NCBI GenBank assembly: GCA_965248055.1
Contig: CBDFIJ010000004.1
Location: 128,001 to 192,000, forward strand
From: Candidatus Multivoradales bacterium
GTDB taxonomy: Bacteria; Acidobacteriota; Thermoanaerobaculia; Multivoradales; JAHEKO01
DNA: 64,000 nt
Reading direction: 5' to 3'
The notes beneath the pieces are model-generated. The model saw only the letters and a program-made list of their open reading frames with translations. It did no database searches and was not told where the DNA came from. Positions 29,776 to 39,450 of the stretch are shown piece after piece. The first letter of the stretch is position 1, and each line of letters opens with the position of its first letter. The position numbers and the translations under genes are program-made.

Positions 29776-30679
29776 TTGCCTCCTGAATGGTCTTCACCAC
29801 GGTATCCGTGTCGTGAGACCCAATCCAATCAATTCTCGAATCGCACCGAAACCAGGTGAGTTGCCTTTTTGCGTAGCGTCGCGTCTCTCTCGAAATTAGT
29901 TCTGCCGCTTCGCCCTCGGCTAAGCGATCATCGAGCACCGCCACCAAAGTTCGATAGCCAATCGCTTGAAACGCGGCCACCTCAGAGCCGTACTTTTCTT
30001 TTAGTTCTCGGACCTCTTCAAGCCAACCCGCCTTGAGCATATGGCTAGTCCGAGCCGTGATCCGATCGTACAAGAGCTTTCTATCTAGGGTCAATCCTAT
30101 CCAACACACTTCGCTAAGCGGAGGCTCCTCGGGAGCCTGTTGTTGCCATTCGCTGAGAGGTATTCCGGTCGCCTGATGAACCTCCAGCCCGCGCACCACT
30201 CGCTGACGATCTCCTGGTTCCAACCCCGCTGCCCATTCGGGGTCCACCGCTGCCAGGCGTTGCTGCAGTTCTTCGAGCCCAAACTCTTGCAACTGGCCCC
30301 GAATTTGTTGCTGAATCTTTGCACTGACGCTCGGAATCGGCGCCAAACCGTCAATCAGAGCCCGCAGGTAGAAACCAGAACCACCGACGATCACTGGAAC
30401 GCGACCTCTATCCTGAATCTCTGAGATCACGATACGCGCCCTTCGGGCAAAGTCTCCCGCAGAAAACGGCTGATCGGGGTCCAAGATATTGATCAGATGA
30501 TGTGGCACCTGACGCCGGGCCGCGGCAGATGGCTTGGCGGTACCCACTTCCAGCTCTCGGTAGACCTGCAACGCATCCGCGTTGACCACCTCGATCGGCA
30601 GTTCTTTGGCTAACCGAAGTGCAAAATCCGTTTTTCCGGAGGCGGTCGCACCGACCAGTACCAGGATACCCTTCACCAC
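29762..30679 (-). CDS. miaA: tRNA dimethylallyltransferase
   Basis: G.TASGKT, DALQVY....GTAKP, VGGSG.Y, TRRYAKRQ.TWF. Confidence 0.97.
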   Translation of the reverse strand: MVKGILVLVGATASGKTDFALRLAKELPIEVVNADALQVYRELEVGTAKPSAAARRQVPHHLINILDPDQPFSAGDFARRARIVISEIQDRGRVPVIVGGSGFYLRALIDGLAPIPSVSAKIQQQIRGQLQEFGLEELQQRLAAVDPEWAAGLEPGDRQRVVRGLEVHQATGIPLSEWQQQAPEEPPLSEVCWIGLTLDRKLLYDRITARTSHMLKAGWLEEVRELKEKYGSEVAAFQAIGYRTLVAVLDDRLAEGEAAELISRETRRYAKRQLTWFRCDSRIDWIGSHDTDTVVKTIQEANVQN

Positions 30680-30685
30680 TTCATC

Positions 30686-32926
30686 TTAGAGCGATCCGGC
30701 GACCTTAGGCGAACCCAATGGCACAACCACACTGCCCTCTTGGTCGGTGCGCCAGATTTGCACTCCAGCGTTGTCCAAGCGCAGCAACACTTCTGGGGAT
30801 GGGTGGCCAAACGGATTGTCCTTTCCAGCAGAGATCAACGCTGTCGAGGGCGCCACGCAATCCAGTATTCGCCTGCTGGTCGAGGTCCGACTGCCGTGGT
30901 GAGCGACTTTCAATACCTCGGCAGCCAACTCGCTGCACGGGAATCGACGCATCAGCTTTCGTTCGCCACGCAGCTCCAGGTCACCGGTCAGTAGGATCGA
31001 ACCCCACGGACTCCGCTTCAGGTGAATAACCGCCGAGTCGTCATTGTCGAGCCTGACGCCTGCTGCGACGGGAGAAAGCACGCGAAAATTGAGCTCGCCC
31101 CAGAGCATGTCCCGGCCAGCCCACAGCGGCACCAAGCGGGGTCCCGGTGAGCTTAAAAGATCCCAGTAACACTCCTCATCCCAACCAGCAGAGGTCCAGA
31201 CCTGATGCACTGGAACCCATCTCACAAGCGATCGTGCGGCGTCACAGTGGTCATAGTCGGGATGGGAGATGAGCAAGGTATCCAGGCGTCTAATCCTTCG
31301 CTCGGCCAAGTGCGTCTTGAGACCTTGGAGACTGCTGCCGCCATCGATCAGCATCGATCGCTCCCCCATGCGCAAAAGCAGGCCGTCGCCTTGCCCAACA
31401 TCGAGCAACACCAACTCCACTCTTGCACCATCCCTGGGGATCAACACCCAAAGCAGCAAGCTCGCACCGCAGATCATCAAGGCTCGGTCGTGCGACACGC
31501 TGGCGACACCCGCTCGCCAACGGATCCCGATCAAGAACAATACCAACCCGAGGGAATAGAGCATCGCACTGGTGGTGGTGATCGGCCAACCTTGAAACGT
31601 GCTGGGTGCGAGGTGTCGCAATGCGGTCCCCATCTCGAGTAGTGACGTCAGCGGGATAGCGAGCCAGCGGGCAATCCAGGTTGGTGTCGCGAGCGTCAAC
31701 AATCCCAGCGCTAGAACGGATGCCACCCAGGGGAGAGCCAAGGCACTGAACACCGGCGCCCCCGGCGCCAGCCAATGGAACAGACTTGTTGCCCGAGCCA
31801 AGGTCGCCGCCTGGGCAGAGGCTCCGATAACCAGTACCGCGCCCGTCTTGCCCACCCAGCCGCCCGGGAGTGCTTGGGCGATCGGGACCCCGAGAATCAA
31901 AATGCCTGATATCGCCAGCACGCTCAATTGCAATCCGACATCGGAGCGCCACGCCGGATCGACCGCCAACAGCAGGGCTACACAAGTCGCAAGTGCTGAA
32001 CCGGGCTGCAATTTTCGCCCTATCCCGATCGCCGCGTGCCACAGGATCAGCACTGTGACTGCCCGAGACACAGAGCCCTGCCCGTCCAGAAGCAGTGAAT
32101 ATCCCAGAATCACGGTCACCGTCCCAAGACGTTGCAGCCCCGGCGACAGAACGGAAAGCACAGCCCAAGCCAGGAAGGCGAGGATCCCTAGGTGCAACCC
32201 TGAGACGGCAAACAAGTGGCCCAGCCCGAGTCGTCGAAAGCTGTCCTTGACCGCCGGATCTAGGGCGTCGCTTCGCCCCAAGACCAGAGATCGCAAGAGC
32301 TCTCGCTCGGTTCGCGGCGTAATCAACTGCGTCAATCGTCGATGCGCCCACTCTTGCACCTGCTGGCGGATCCCCAACCAAGAGTTCAAGTTGGACTGCT
32401 CCAAGGTCAACAGGCGCTGGTCTTTTACCTGCATCGAAAGCTCTCCGTCTCTCTCAACCAAATACCCTTTGATCCGTACTGACCCGAGTTGCAGTAACTC
32501 ATCCGCATCGACGCTCGCTTCTCGCTGCATCGGCCATACCCCGCTCCCCTGCCGAATGGCGAGTAGGTCTAGGCGGTACTGGTACCGACTCCAGCGATCC
32601 AAGCCTGTGGGTGAATGCAACACGCCGCGCACGGTCACCGGTCGCTCCAATGCCAGGGGCGGAAGTGATCGCGAGTCCGTCTTGCCTCCACCCCTGGCGC
32701 CGACCAACAACCCTCCCAGTCCCAGACCGCCGACAAACTTGCCCAAGTGGGAACGCACAACCGTAGCCACGCCAAGCGACAGTCCACCGACCACCACGCT
32801 TTGGGATGTCAACGGCGCCGAGAGGACTCCAGCAATCAAGCCCAACGAGAACAGCGAGCGCTGCATCGCAAAGTACGGCAGCAACCAGAAGCCGCTTGTT
32901 TTCCCATGCGCAGCCTTGCGGGTCAC
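30686..32926 (-). CDS. comEC: ComEC/Rec2 DNA uptake competence protein
   Basis: HLFAVSGLH competence domain. MBL domain with DVGQGD, SHPDYDH, LLTGD, KVAHHGS, NPFGHP. Confidence 0.92.
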   Translation of the reverse strand: MTRKAAHGKTSGFWLLPYFAMQRSLFSLGLIAGVLSAPLTSQSVVVGGLSLGVATVVRSHLGKFVGGLGLGGLLVGARGGGKTDSRSLPPLALERPVTVRGVLHSPTGLDRWSRYQYRLDLLAIRQGSGVWPMQREASVDADELLQLGSVRIKGYLVERDGELSMQVKDQRLLTLEQSNLNSWLGIRQQVQEWAHRRLTQLITPRTERELLRSLVLGRSDALDPAVKDSFRRLGLGHLFAVSGLHLGILAFLAWAVLSVLSPGLQRLGTVTVILGYSLLLDGQGSVSRAVTVLILWHAAIGIGRKLQPGSALATCVALLLAVDPAWRSDVGLQLSVLAISGILILGVPIAQALPGGWVGKTGAVLVIGASAQAATLARATSLFHWLAPGAPVFSALALPWVASVLALGLLTLATPTWIARWLAIPLTSLLEMGTALRHLAPSTFQGWPITTTSAMLYSLGLVLFLIGIRWRAGVASVSHDRALMICGASLLLWVLIPRDGARVELVLLDVGQGDGLLLRMGERSMLIDGGSSLQGLKTHLAERRIRRLDTLLISHPDYDHCDAARSLVRWVPVHQVWTSAGWDEECYWDLLSSPGPRLVPLWAGRDMLWGELNFRVLSPVAAGVRLDNDDSAVIHLKRSPWGSILLTGDLELRGERKLMRRFPCSELAAEVLKVAHHGSRTSTSRRILDCVAPSTALISAGKDNPFGHPSPEVLLRLDNAGVQIWRTDQEGSVVVPLGSPKVAGSL

Positions 32927-33082
32927 GGCAACAGAGACGGAGTGCAGGGCAGGGTACCTGCACTTGTCTTAGCCGCGGTGAGAGTGGTCTTGATCGACTA
33001 ACGGATCAGAGGGCCAGATGCTTAGAGGCTCAGACGTCTAAAAGGCCAGAAGCTGTTGCAACCGCCCGGTGCATGTCAATGA

Positions 33083-33688
33083 TCAGAAAAGACTGAGTCT
33101 GGGCAGCAGCAGGCTTTCACGAATTGACTCATTCACCCAGTTGTCACGGGCAGAGTCCCACTGTTGTGAAGAAATCCGCGACCGCATCGGTGCCAACACC
33201 CGCTCCGCGCGGCGACGTTGGTTGCTAAGCCACGAAGCACCCAGCTCTTCCCCACCCGCGACCAGCAGCCTGGCGTCCAACTGGCGCAACTGATCCTCAA
33301 GCTGGGCAACCTCATCAGCGCTTTCCAAGGTCGCTAACTGCTCCAGTCGCCGGACAATCGTGTCGGTGTTGGCCACTCGAGCCTTGCGAACCGCCGCAGC
33401 TAGTTCAGGGATGCGCTCGGCCTGTTGTACTGGGGGCTCACTGCTGCCGCCCAAAAGTTGCCATGCTTTCCACACCGCCCGATCGACAATCTTTAGGCCC
33501 CGGACCGGCTGTGCGTCTGGTTCTCGGCCCTCCAAGACCGTGGCCATGGCTTCCAGCACCACTGCCAACGGAATTCCGCCTTGATGCCAAGATTCACTGA
33601 TGGTGAAATCGGTGGACGCAAGCAAGAAAGGGGTTCCCCTCAGTAGAGTGAACTCGTCTTGGATGGCAACAAAATAGCTGGCGGCCAA
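33083..33688 (-). CDS. Hypothetical protein with DnaD-like N-terminal pattern
   Basis: YF..I...F...RG....L...D......W...GIP...V. Co-oriented after coaX. Confidence 0.65.
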   Translation of the reverse strand: MAASYFVAIQDEFTLLRGTPFLLASTDFTISESWHQGGIPLAVVLEAMATVLEGREPDAQPVRGLKIVDRAVWKAWQLLGGSSEPPVQQAERIPELAAAVRKARVANTDTIVRRLEQLATLESADEVAQLEDQLRQLDARLLVAGGEELGASWLSNQRRRAERVLAPMRSRISSQQWDSARDNWVNESIRESLLLPRLSLF

Positions 33689-33718
33689 AAGCAGTAGACC
33701 TCAATTCCAGAACTCTGG

Positions 33719-34507
33719 CTATCCCAAATTGCGGTGATAGAGAATGAACAGACCATCTAAGGTCAGTTGTGGATTGACCTCGTCAAGATAAGCAGAATCC
33801 GGGGCGATCAACGAAGCCAGTCCGCCGGTAGCGACAAATGTGGGCTTTTCCGCCAGTTGATCCAACAACCGTCCAAGAATGCCGTCAACCTGACCGATCG
33901 CCCCGTAGTAGATCCCCGATTGCATCGCCCCCACGGTGGTGCGGCCGATCAGGCGTTCTGGACGTCGGATATCCACCCGATAGAGCCGCGACGCTGAACT
34001 AAACAGTGCTTCAGCGGAAATTCCAACACCGGGAAGAATCAACCCACCGATGTACTCTCCCCGCCCGTTGACCACGTCAAAGGTCGTTGCAGTGCCAAAG
34101 TCCACCACCACCACCGGAGCACCATATTTCTCCACTGCGGCAACTGCGTTGACAATTCGGTCAGCCCCAACCTCGGCGGGATTGAGATTGCGAATTGGAA
34201 TTCCTGTTTTGATCCCCGGCTCGACAAACAGAGGTACGCAACCAAACATCTTCTGCGACATCGCGGTGAGCTGTTCGTGCATGGTCGGTACTACCGAACC
34301 AATGATCACCCCGTCGGGGGTCGCACCGTGTTCGATCTGCCCGTTTCGATAGGCCAATTGCCCCACCAAGGCAATCAACTCATCCGTGGTCCTAGTCGGA
34401 TCAGTAGACAAACGGAAGCTGTCGACCAATTCCGCACCGACAAAGACTCCGAAAAGGGTCTCGGTATTGCCAACGTCGACGGCGATAATAATTTGTTGCT
34501 TACTCAA
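33719..34507 (-). CDS. coaX: Type III pantothenate kinase
   Basis: DVGNT, SVVP, EVGADR, DFGTATT, ATGG. Confidence 0.96.
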   Translation of the reverse strand: MSKQQIIIAVDVGNTETLFGVFVGAELVDSFRLSTDPTRTTDELIALVGQLAYRNGQIEHGATPDGVIIGSVVPTMHEQLTAMSQKMFGCVPLFVEPGIKTGIPIRNLNPAEVGADRIVNAVAAVEKYGAPVVVVDFGTATTFDVVNGRGEYIGGLILPGVGISAEALFSSASRLYRVDIRRPERLIGRTTVGAMQSGIYYGAIGQVDGILGRLLDQLAEKPTFVATGGLASLIAPDSAYLDEVNPQLTLDGLFILYHRNLG

Positions 34508-35295
34508 TCAATTTCTCCAACCGCATAGGTGCGTTCTTCTCCGGATTCCAGTAAACGCAAGTGACCGTGGTGGTTATAACCGGCAAAACGGCCTGTGACC
34601 ACGCGATCCCCGTCGTGCCAGAGAATTCGGTCGCCGACCCGATGAACGCTATATCGATCGCGCTGACTCTGCCAGTCACTGTCCAAGTCCTCTCCGCGCA
34701 AGAAACGATCCACCTCAGCCAGGCAGTCCGCGATCACCGACACCGGATCCACCGGGTCCAGCAACTCCTCCAGGCCAACCGCGATTGAGGCGTATTCGCC
34801 TTCGGGACGTTTGAAATTCAAGCCGAAGCCACAGATCGCCAGGCCCGCTTCGTTTCGTAACGAGGAGCGGCACAAGATGCCGGCCAGTTTGCGCTGACGA
34901 TACACCACATCGTTCGGCCACTTCAGCCCCACACCGACAACCCCCATGCGTTCCATCACGGTGCACAGCGCTACCCCGACGCGGAGCGGCAAACTCGGTA
35001 GCCGATCGCTAGGAAGGCTGCCTAGCCAAGACGCCCAAACCCCCATTCCACGCCCACTTGACCACCGGCGGCCATTGCGCCCGGAGCCTCGCGTCTGGTG
35101 CAGGGCGACGATCACGGTCGGCGGAAGGGTCGCTTTTTTTTCGACTCGCTGCTGAATCGCTCTCGCCCAACGGTTGGTGGAGTCGATTGCGTCGACCACC
35201 ACCAGATTCAGCCGAGCGGGCATCGAATCCGCCAACTGGGATGCCAGTTCCTTTGCGGTCTGTGTATTTAGATCGGTCGGCACCGTCGGCGTCAT
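34504..35295 (-). CDS. birA: Biotin--protein ligase (no N-terminal HTH)
   Basis: IDSTN, QT.G.GR.GR.W.S, LKWPND, KLAGIL. Confidence 0.93.
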   Translation of the reverse strand: MTPTVPTDLNTQTAKELASQLADSMPARLNLVVVDAIDSTNRWARAIQQRVEKKATLPPTVIVALHQTRGSGRNGRRWSSGRGMGVWASWLGSLPSDRLPSLPLRVGVALCTVMERMGVVGVGLKWPNDVVYRQRKLAGILCRSSLRNEAGLAICGFGLNFKRPEGEYASIAVGLEELLDPVDPVSVIADCLAEVDRFLRGEDLDSDWQSQRDRYSVHRVGDRILWHDGDRVVTGRFAGYNHHGHLRLLESGEERTYAVGEID

Positions 35296-37907
35296 TGGGA
35301 CTCGGCGAGACTGCGCTCGATGGTCTCCAGGCGTTTTTTCATTTCCTCCAGACGCAAGCGGCGCTTTTCAACCACTTGCTCCGGTGCCTTGGAGAGAAAA
35401 TTCGTGTCTTCAAGTTGTTTCTCGGTGGCGGTAATTTGTCCTGCCAGCTTGTCGCGTTCCTTGGCCATCGCCGCCAATTCGGTGGCGCCCAACTTGCGCT
35501 CAGGCAGAAACAGCGCCATTTCAACCCCGGCGACCCGATCCTGCAGATCGCCCCCGGACGCTTCGGAAAACTCGATCTCTGCCCACGCTGCTCGCTCCAC
35601 TAGCGGACTCTGGACTTTCAAGAAGTCGAGGCGCACTACGTTGTCACTGCTGAGACGGAGCTTTACGGTCTCCCCTGGGGCGACGCTGGCCTCAGCCCGC
35701 ATCGCTCGGACCCGAGTGGTCAGTTGGATCAGGGCACTCATTTCCGCTTCCAACTCAGGATCGTTCCACCCAGGCACAGAATCCGGAAAAGATGCCCTGA
35801 CGATGGTCTCTCCGTGCTCCGCGTGAATCCCCGGCAAGCGCTGCCACAACTCTTCCGTCAGATGGGGCATGACCGGATGAAGTAAGCGAAGCGAACGATC
35901 CAACACCACCATCAAGACGTCACCGACCTGAGGGCGATCCCGGTCCCCGTGCAATGCTGGCTTGGCCATCTCAATGTACCAATCGCATAGTTCCCCCCAG
36001 AAAAACGAATACAACTCCCGGCACGCCTCATCAAAGCGATAGGCGGTCAGCCGCTCATTGACGGTTGCCGCGACCTGAGAGCTGCGCGACAGAATCCAAC
36101 GCTCTGGGGCCTCCAGAGTCGAAAGATCAATCTGATAGTCCGCCGATTCCACTTTGGACAAGGCAAATCGAGTGGCGTTCCAAATCTTGTTGCCAAAGGC
36201 TCGGTAGCCCGCCATTCGTTCCCGATCCAACGGAATGTCTCGTCCAGGGCTGTCTAGAATGGCTAGCGTGAAGCGCAATGCGTCGGCGCCAAACTCATCA
36301 ACAAGACCCAAGGGATCCACGGTATTTCCTTTGGTCTTGGACATTTTCTGACCGTCAGCATCACGCACCAAACCGGTCAGGTGAACGTCGGCAAACGGCA
36401 ATTGATCGGTGAACTCCAAGCCAAACATCACCATCCGCGCTACCCAAAAGAAGAGAATGTCAAAACCGGTCACCAACACCTGGGTCGGATAGAAAGTCTT
36501 ATAATCCGGGCTCTGATCGGGCCAGCCGAGAGTCGACATCGGCCACAGTGCCGACGAGAACCAGGTGTCTAAGACATCAGGATCCTGCACCAAGGCTTCT
36601 GTCCCAGCGATCTGCTGCGCTTCTTCCAGACTGCGCGCAACCACCAACTCACCGTCTTCGGTATACCAAGCGGGGATCTGATGTCCCCACCACAGCTGCC
36701 GGGAAATACACCATGGTCGAATGTTGTCCAGCCAGTGCTCCCAAGTACTACCCCAAGTGTCAGGAACCAGTCGCAGGTCTCCGCCTTTTTCCGCTTCCAG
36801 CGAACGACGCGCCATGTCGGAAACGTCCATGAACCATTGTTCCGAGACCATCGGCTCAACTGGTGTGCCGCTGCGCTGGCAGTGACCAACGTTGTGTGAA
36901 TAGTCCTCTGTTTTGACTACCACACCTTCGCTACTCAACAGCTCCAGCACCTTTTCCCGCGCGGCAAAGCGATCCAAACCAGCCAACTGGTCCCCAGCTT
37001 CGGCGGTCATGCGACCGTTCTCGTCGATTACCTTGACGCCGTCAATGTGGTGACGCTGGGCCAACTCGAAGTCGTTGAGATCGGAGAACGGCGTGATCTT
37101 GACCAATCCGCTGCCGAACTCCGGGTCGACCATTTCGTCGGCGACGATCGGTAGTTCTCGCCCGATCAAAGGTAAAACGACCTTCTGCCCGGCTAGATGC
37201 TGGTAACGGGCATCGTCAGGATGGCGTGCCACCGCGGTATCGCCGACCATGGTCTCGGGGCGGGTGGTGGCAACCACGATCCGCTCTTCGCTGCCCAGAA
37301 CCGGATACGACAAGTGGTAGAGATGACCCTCAACCGTCTTCATCTCCACTTCCAGGTCCGAGATCGCGGTCCCCAGGTCGGGCGACCAGTTCACCATGTA
37401 GCGATCCTTGCGAATTAGGCCTTTTTCATAGCAACGGACAAACGCTTCCCGCACCGCCCGAGAAAGTCCTTCATCAAGGGTAAAACGCTCACGACTCCAG
37501 TCACAACTGGCACCCAGCCGTTCCAATTGGCTGCGGATATTGCCCTGATATTCCTCTTTCCACTGCCAGACCCTTTCCAGAAAGGCCTCGCGACCGAGCT
37601 CTGTTCGAGTGGTCCCTTCTTTGGCCAGAGCCCGTTCGACCATCAACTGGGTGGCGATTCCGGCGTGGTCGGTTCCAGGCAGCCATAATGCCTCCTTGCC
37701 CAACATCCGCTGCCAGCGCACCAACAGGTCTTGCAAGGTGCTCTGCAGCGCGTGCCCCATATGCAATCGCCCGGTGACATTGGGCGGCGGGATCATGATG
37801 CAGTAGGTCTCGCGGTCGCTCGGGGATTGGGCCTCAAAATAGCCGCGAGCACTCCAAGTTTCCTGCCACTTGGATTCGTAGCCGGCGGGGTCGAAAGTCT
37901 TCTGCAT
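35292..37907 (-). CDS. valS: Valine--tRNA ligase
   Basis: PPPNVTG.LHMGH, DHAGIATQ, WCISRQLWWGH, KMSK, C-terminal coiled coil. Confidence 0.98.
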   Translation of the reverse strand: MQKTFDPAGYESKWQETWSARGYFEAQSPSDRETYCIMIPPPNVTGRLHMGHALQSTLQDLLVRWQRMLGKEALWLPGTDHAGIATQLMVERALAKEGTTRTELGREAFLERVWQWKEEYQGNIRSQLERLGASCDWSRERFTLDEGLSRAVREAFVRCYEKGLIRKDRYMVNWSPDLGTAISDLEVEMKTVEGHLYHLSYPVLGSEERIVVATTRPETMVGDTAVARHPDDARYQHLAGQKVVLPLIGRELPIVADEMVDPEFGSGLVKITPFSDLNDFELAQRHHIDGVKVIDENGRMTAEAGDQLAGLDRFAAREKVLELLSSEGVVVKTEDYSHNVGHCQRSGTPVEPMVSEQWFMDVSDMARRSLEAEKGGDLRLVPDTWGSTWEHWLDNIRPWCISRQLWWGHQIPAWYTEDGELVVARSLEEAQQIAGTEALVQDPDVLDTWFSSALWPMSTLGWPDQSPDYKTFYPTQVLVTGFDILFFWVARMVMFGLEFTDQLPFADVHLTGLVRDADGQKMSKTKGNTVDPLGLVDEFGADALRFTLAILDSPGRDIPLDRERMAGYRAFGNKIWNATRFALSKVESADYQIDLSTLEAPERWILSRSSQVAATVNERLTAYRFDEACRELYSFFWGELCDWYIEMAKPALHGDRDRPQVGDVLMVVLDRSLRLLHPVMPHLTEELWQRLPGIHAEHGETIVRASFPDSVPGWNDPELEAEMSALIQLTTRVRAMRAEASVAPGETVKLRLSSDNVVRLDFLKVQSPLVERAAWAEIEFSEASGGDLQDRVAGVEMALFLPERKLGATELAAMAKERDKLAGQITATEKQLEDTNFLSKAPEQVVEKRRLRLEEMKKRLETIERSLAESQ

Positions 37908-37915
37908 AGGAGTCT

Positions 37916-39376
37916 CTAGGGGTTCAAATCGTTCGGCTCGGACTCTCCGAGCAAGTCTTCCGTTTTTGGCAAGTCACGGTCTGAGTTGCCACGGCCTGGA
38001 TTAGCGGTATCTGCATTCAAATCGTCGGTGGCTTCCTCATTGGCTAATTCCTGCTCGAGTCGGTCGATCCTGGCCTCGACCCGCTCGGTGGCAACGCGCA
38101 CAAACAACTCATCTGCACCATCCCTGAACAGGCTCTCGCCGAGATGTCCGGCAACCCGTAACGCCAACGCGTCGAGTTGTTCGGCACTCAGAGAAATGGC
38201 CGGCGCCCCGTCTCCTAGATCTATCTCGGTTGCTGGCTCCGGCTGGCGCGCTTCGTCTGTCTCTTCTTCGGATGCATCTTCGGAAGCCCTGTCGGATTCT
38301 GACTGCTGATCCGAATCGGCGGAGAATTCCTCGAAATCGTCCTGTTCTGAGTCTTCCACCCCGTCGGACAAGATCACCGTATCCTTAACGGGTTCCTCGG
38401 CCAGTGCTTCGGCTTCTATCGAGTCGGGCTCCTCCGGCTCGACGACCGCATCTGTCTCTTCCAGTGCAGTGCTGCCCCAATCGACAGTCAGACCCGCCGC
38501 TGCGCCGCCTTGTTCGGGAGCCCCTTTCTCCTGGTCGATGGAAGCACTGTCTTCTATCTCAGTGGTCTCTAGGGCAGTGGCGTCTTGGGCACTGGCGTCT
38601 TGGGCGGTGCCATCTATGTCAGTGCCGTCTAGGTCAATGCCATCGGATTCGCTGCCCAAGTCCCCGGTCAGAATCGAGGGGATTACGGTCGAATCCGCGC
38701 TCTCCTCTGGCAAGATGGTCAGTGAGGAGCCGAGCGGTGTTAGGAACTCGTCACCATCTTCTTCGCCCTGGTGTGCTTCCTCATCGGCAGCTCTGTCATC
38801 GACAAATGGCTCCTCGCCACTCGGTGAGGCTAGGCCCTCAGCAGTGTTTTCTTCCGTCGTGCCTTCTTCAGCCGCACCTTCTTGAGCAGCGCCCACTTCA
38901 GCAGGGCCCGTCTCGGTAGTGTCCCCCCCGGAAGTGCCCTCGTCATCAGCGCTACTGTCCTCAAGGTCCGCATCTGAAGTGACGATCGTTTCCGCCTCAG
39001 AAACCAACCCAGAGTCACCCGGAAGCATCGAATGCACCACGTCACGCAACTCATCGGCAGAAAAAGGCTTGAGCAGGTGCCCCGAAGCGCCCACATTTCG
39101 CCCCTCCTGTTCCTCAAAAGGCTCGAAAGTGCCAACTAAGAGCAGGACAGCAATATTTGGGGTCCGAGCTTTCAGTTCGCGGCACAGTTCCAGGCCATCC
39201 ATGCGCGGCATGTGGACGTCGACCACCGCAAGGTGCGGGAAAAAACCGGCATCGACAATTTCCAGAGCGGTTTGACCATCTGCGGCGGACTCCAACTCAA
39301 CGTCATCTCGCTCAAGAGAGAGTTCCACAACCCGTCGGATTGGCTTGCTGTCATCGGCTATCAGTATTCTGTACAT
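37916..39376 (-). CDS. Response regulator: receiver domain, long acidic disordered linker, C-terminal helix (RomR-like architecture)
   Basis: ILIADDS...DVHMP.MDG...LLVGTFEPF...KPF receiver domain, about 290 aa D/E/S/A-rich linker, amphipathic helical tail. Confidence 0.85.
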   Translation of the reverse strand: MYRILIADDSKPIRRVVELSLERDDVELESAADGQTALEIVDAGFFPHLAVVDVHMPRMDGLELCRELKARTPNIAVLLLVGTFEPFEEQEGRNVGASGHLLKPFSADELRDVVHSMLPGDSGLVSEAETIVTSDADLEDSSADDEGTSGGDTTETGPAEVGAAQEGAAEEGTTEENTAEGLASPSGEEPFVDDRAADEEAHQGEEDGDEFLTPLGSSLTILPEESADSTVIPSILTGDLGSESDGIDLDGTDIDGTAQDASAQDATALETTEIEDSASIDQEKGAPEQGGAAAGLTVDWGSTALEETDAVVEPEEPDSIEAEALAEEPVKDTVILSDGVEDSEQDDFEEFSADSDQQSESDRASEDASEEETDEARQPEPATEIDLGDGAPAISLSAEQLDALALRVAGHLGESLFRDGADELFVRVATERVEARIDRLEQELANEEATDDLNADTANPGRGNSDRDLPKTEDLLGESEPNDLNP

Positions 39377-39450
39377 CTGCAAACTCTCCGTATCGACTAA
39401 CCCACGCGAGGACTCCGGAGCAGGAGTCCAGGCTGGTTCGTCCAACAACT

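Noticed and set aside
31290-32972. Long alternative ORFs (457 aa plus strand, 363 aa minus strand) over comEC
   Set aside because: They are shadow frames of a GC-rich gene with no recognisable motifs.
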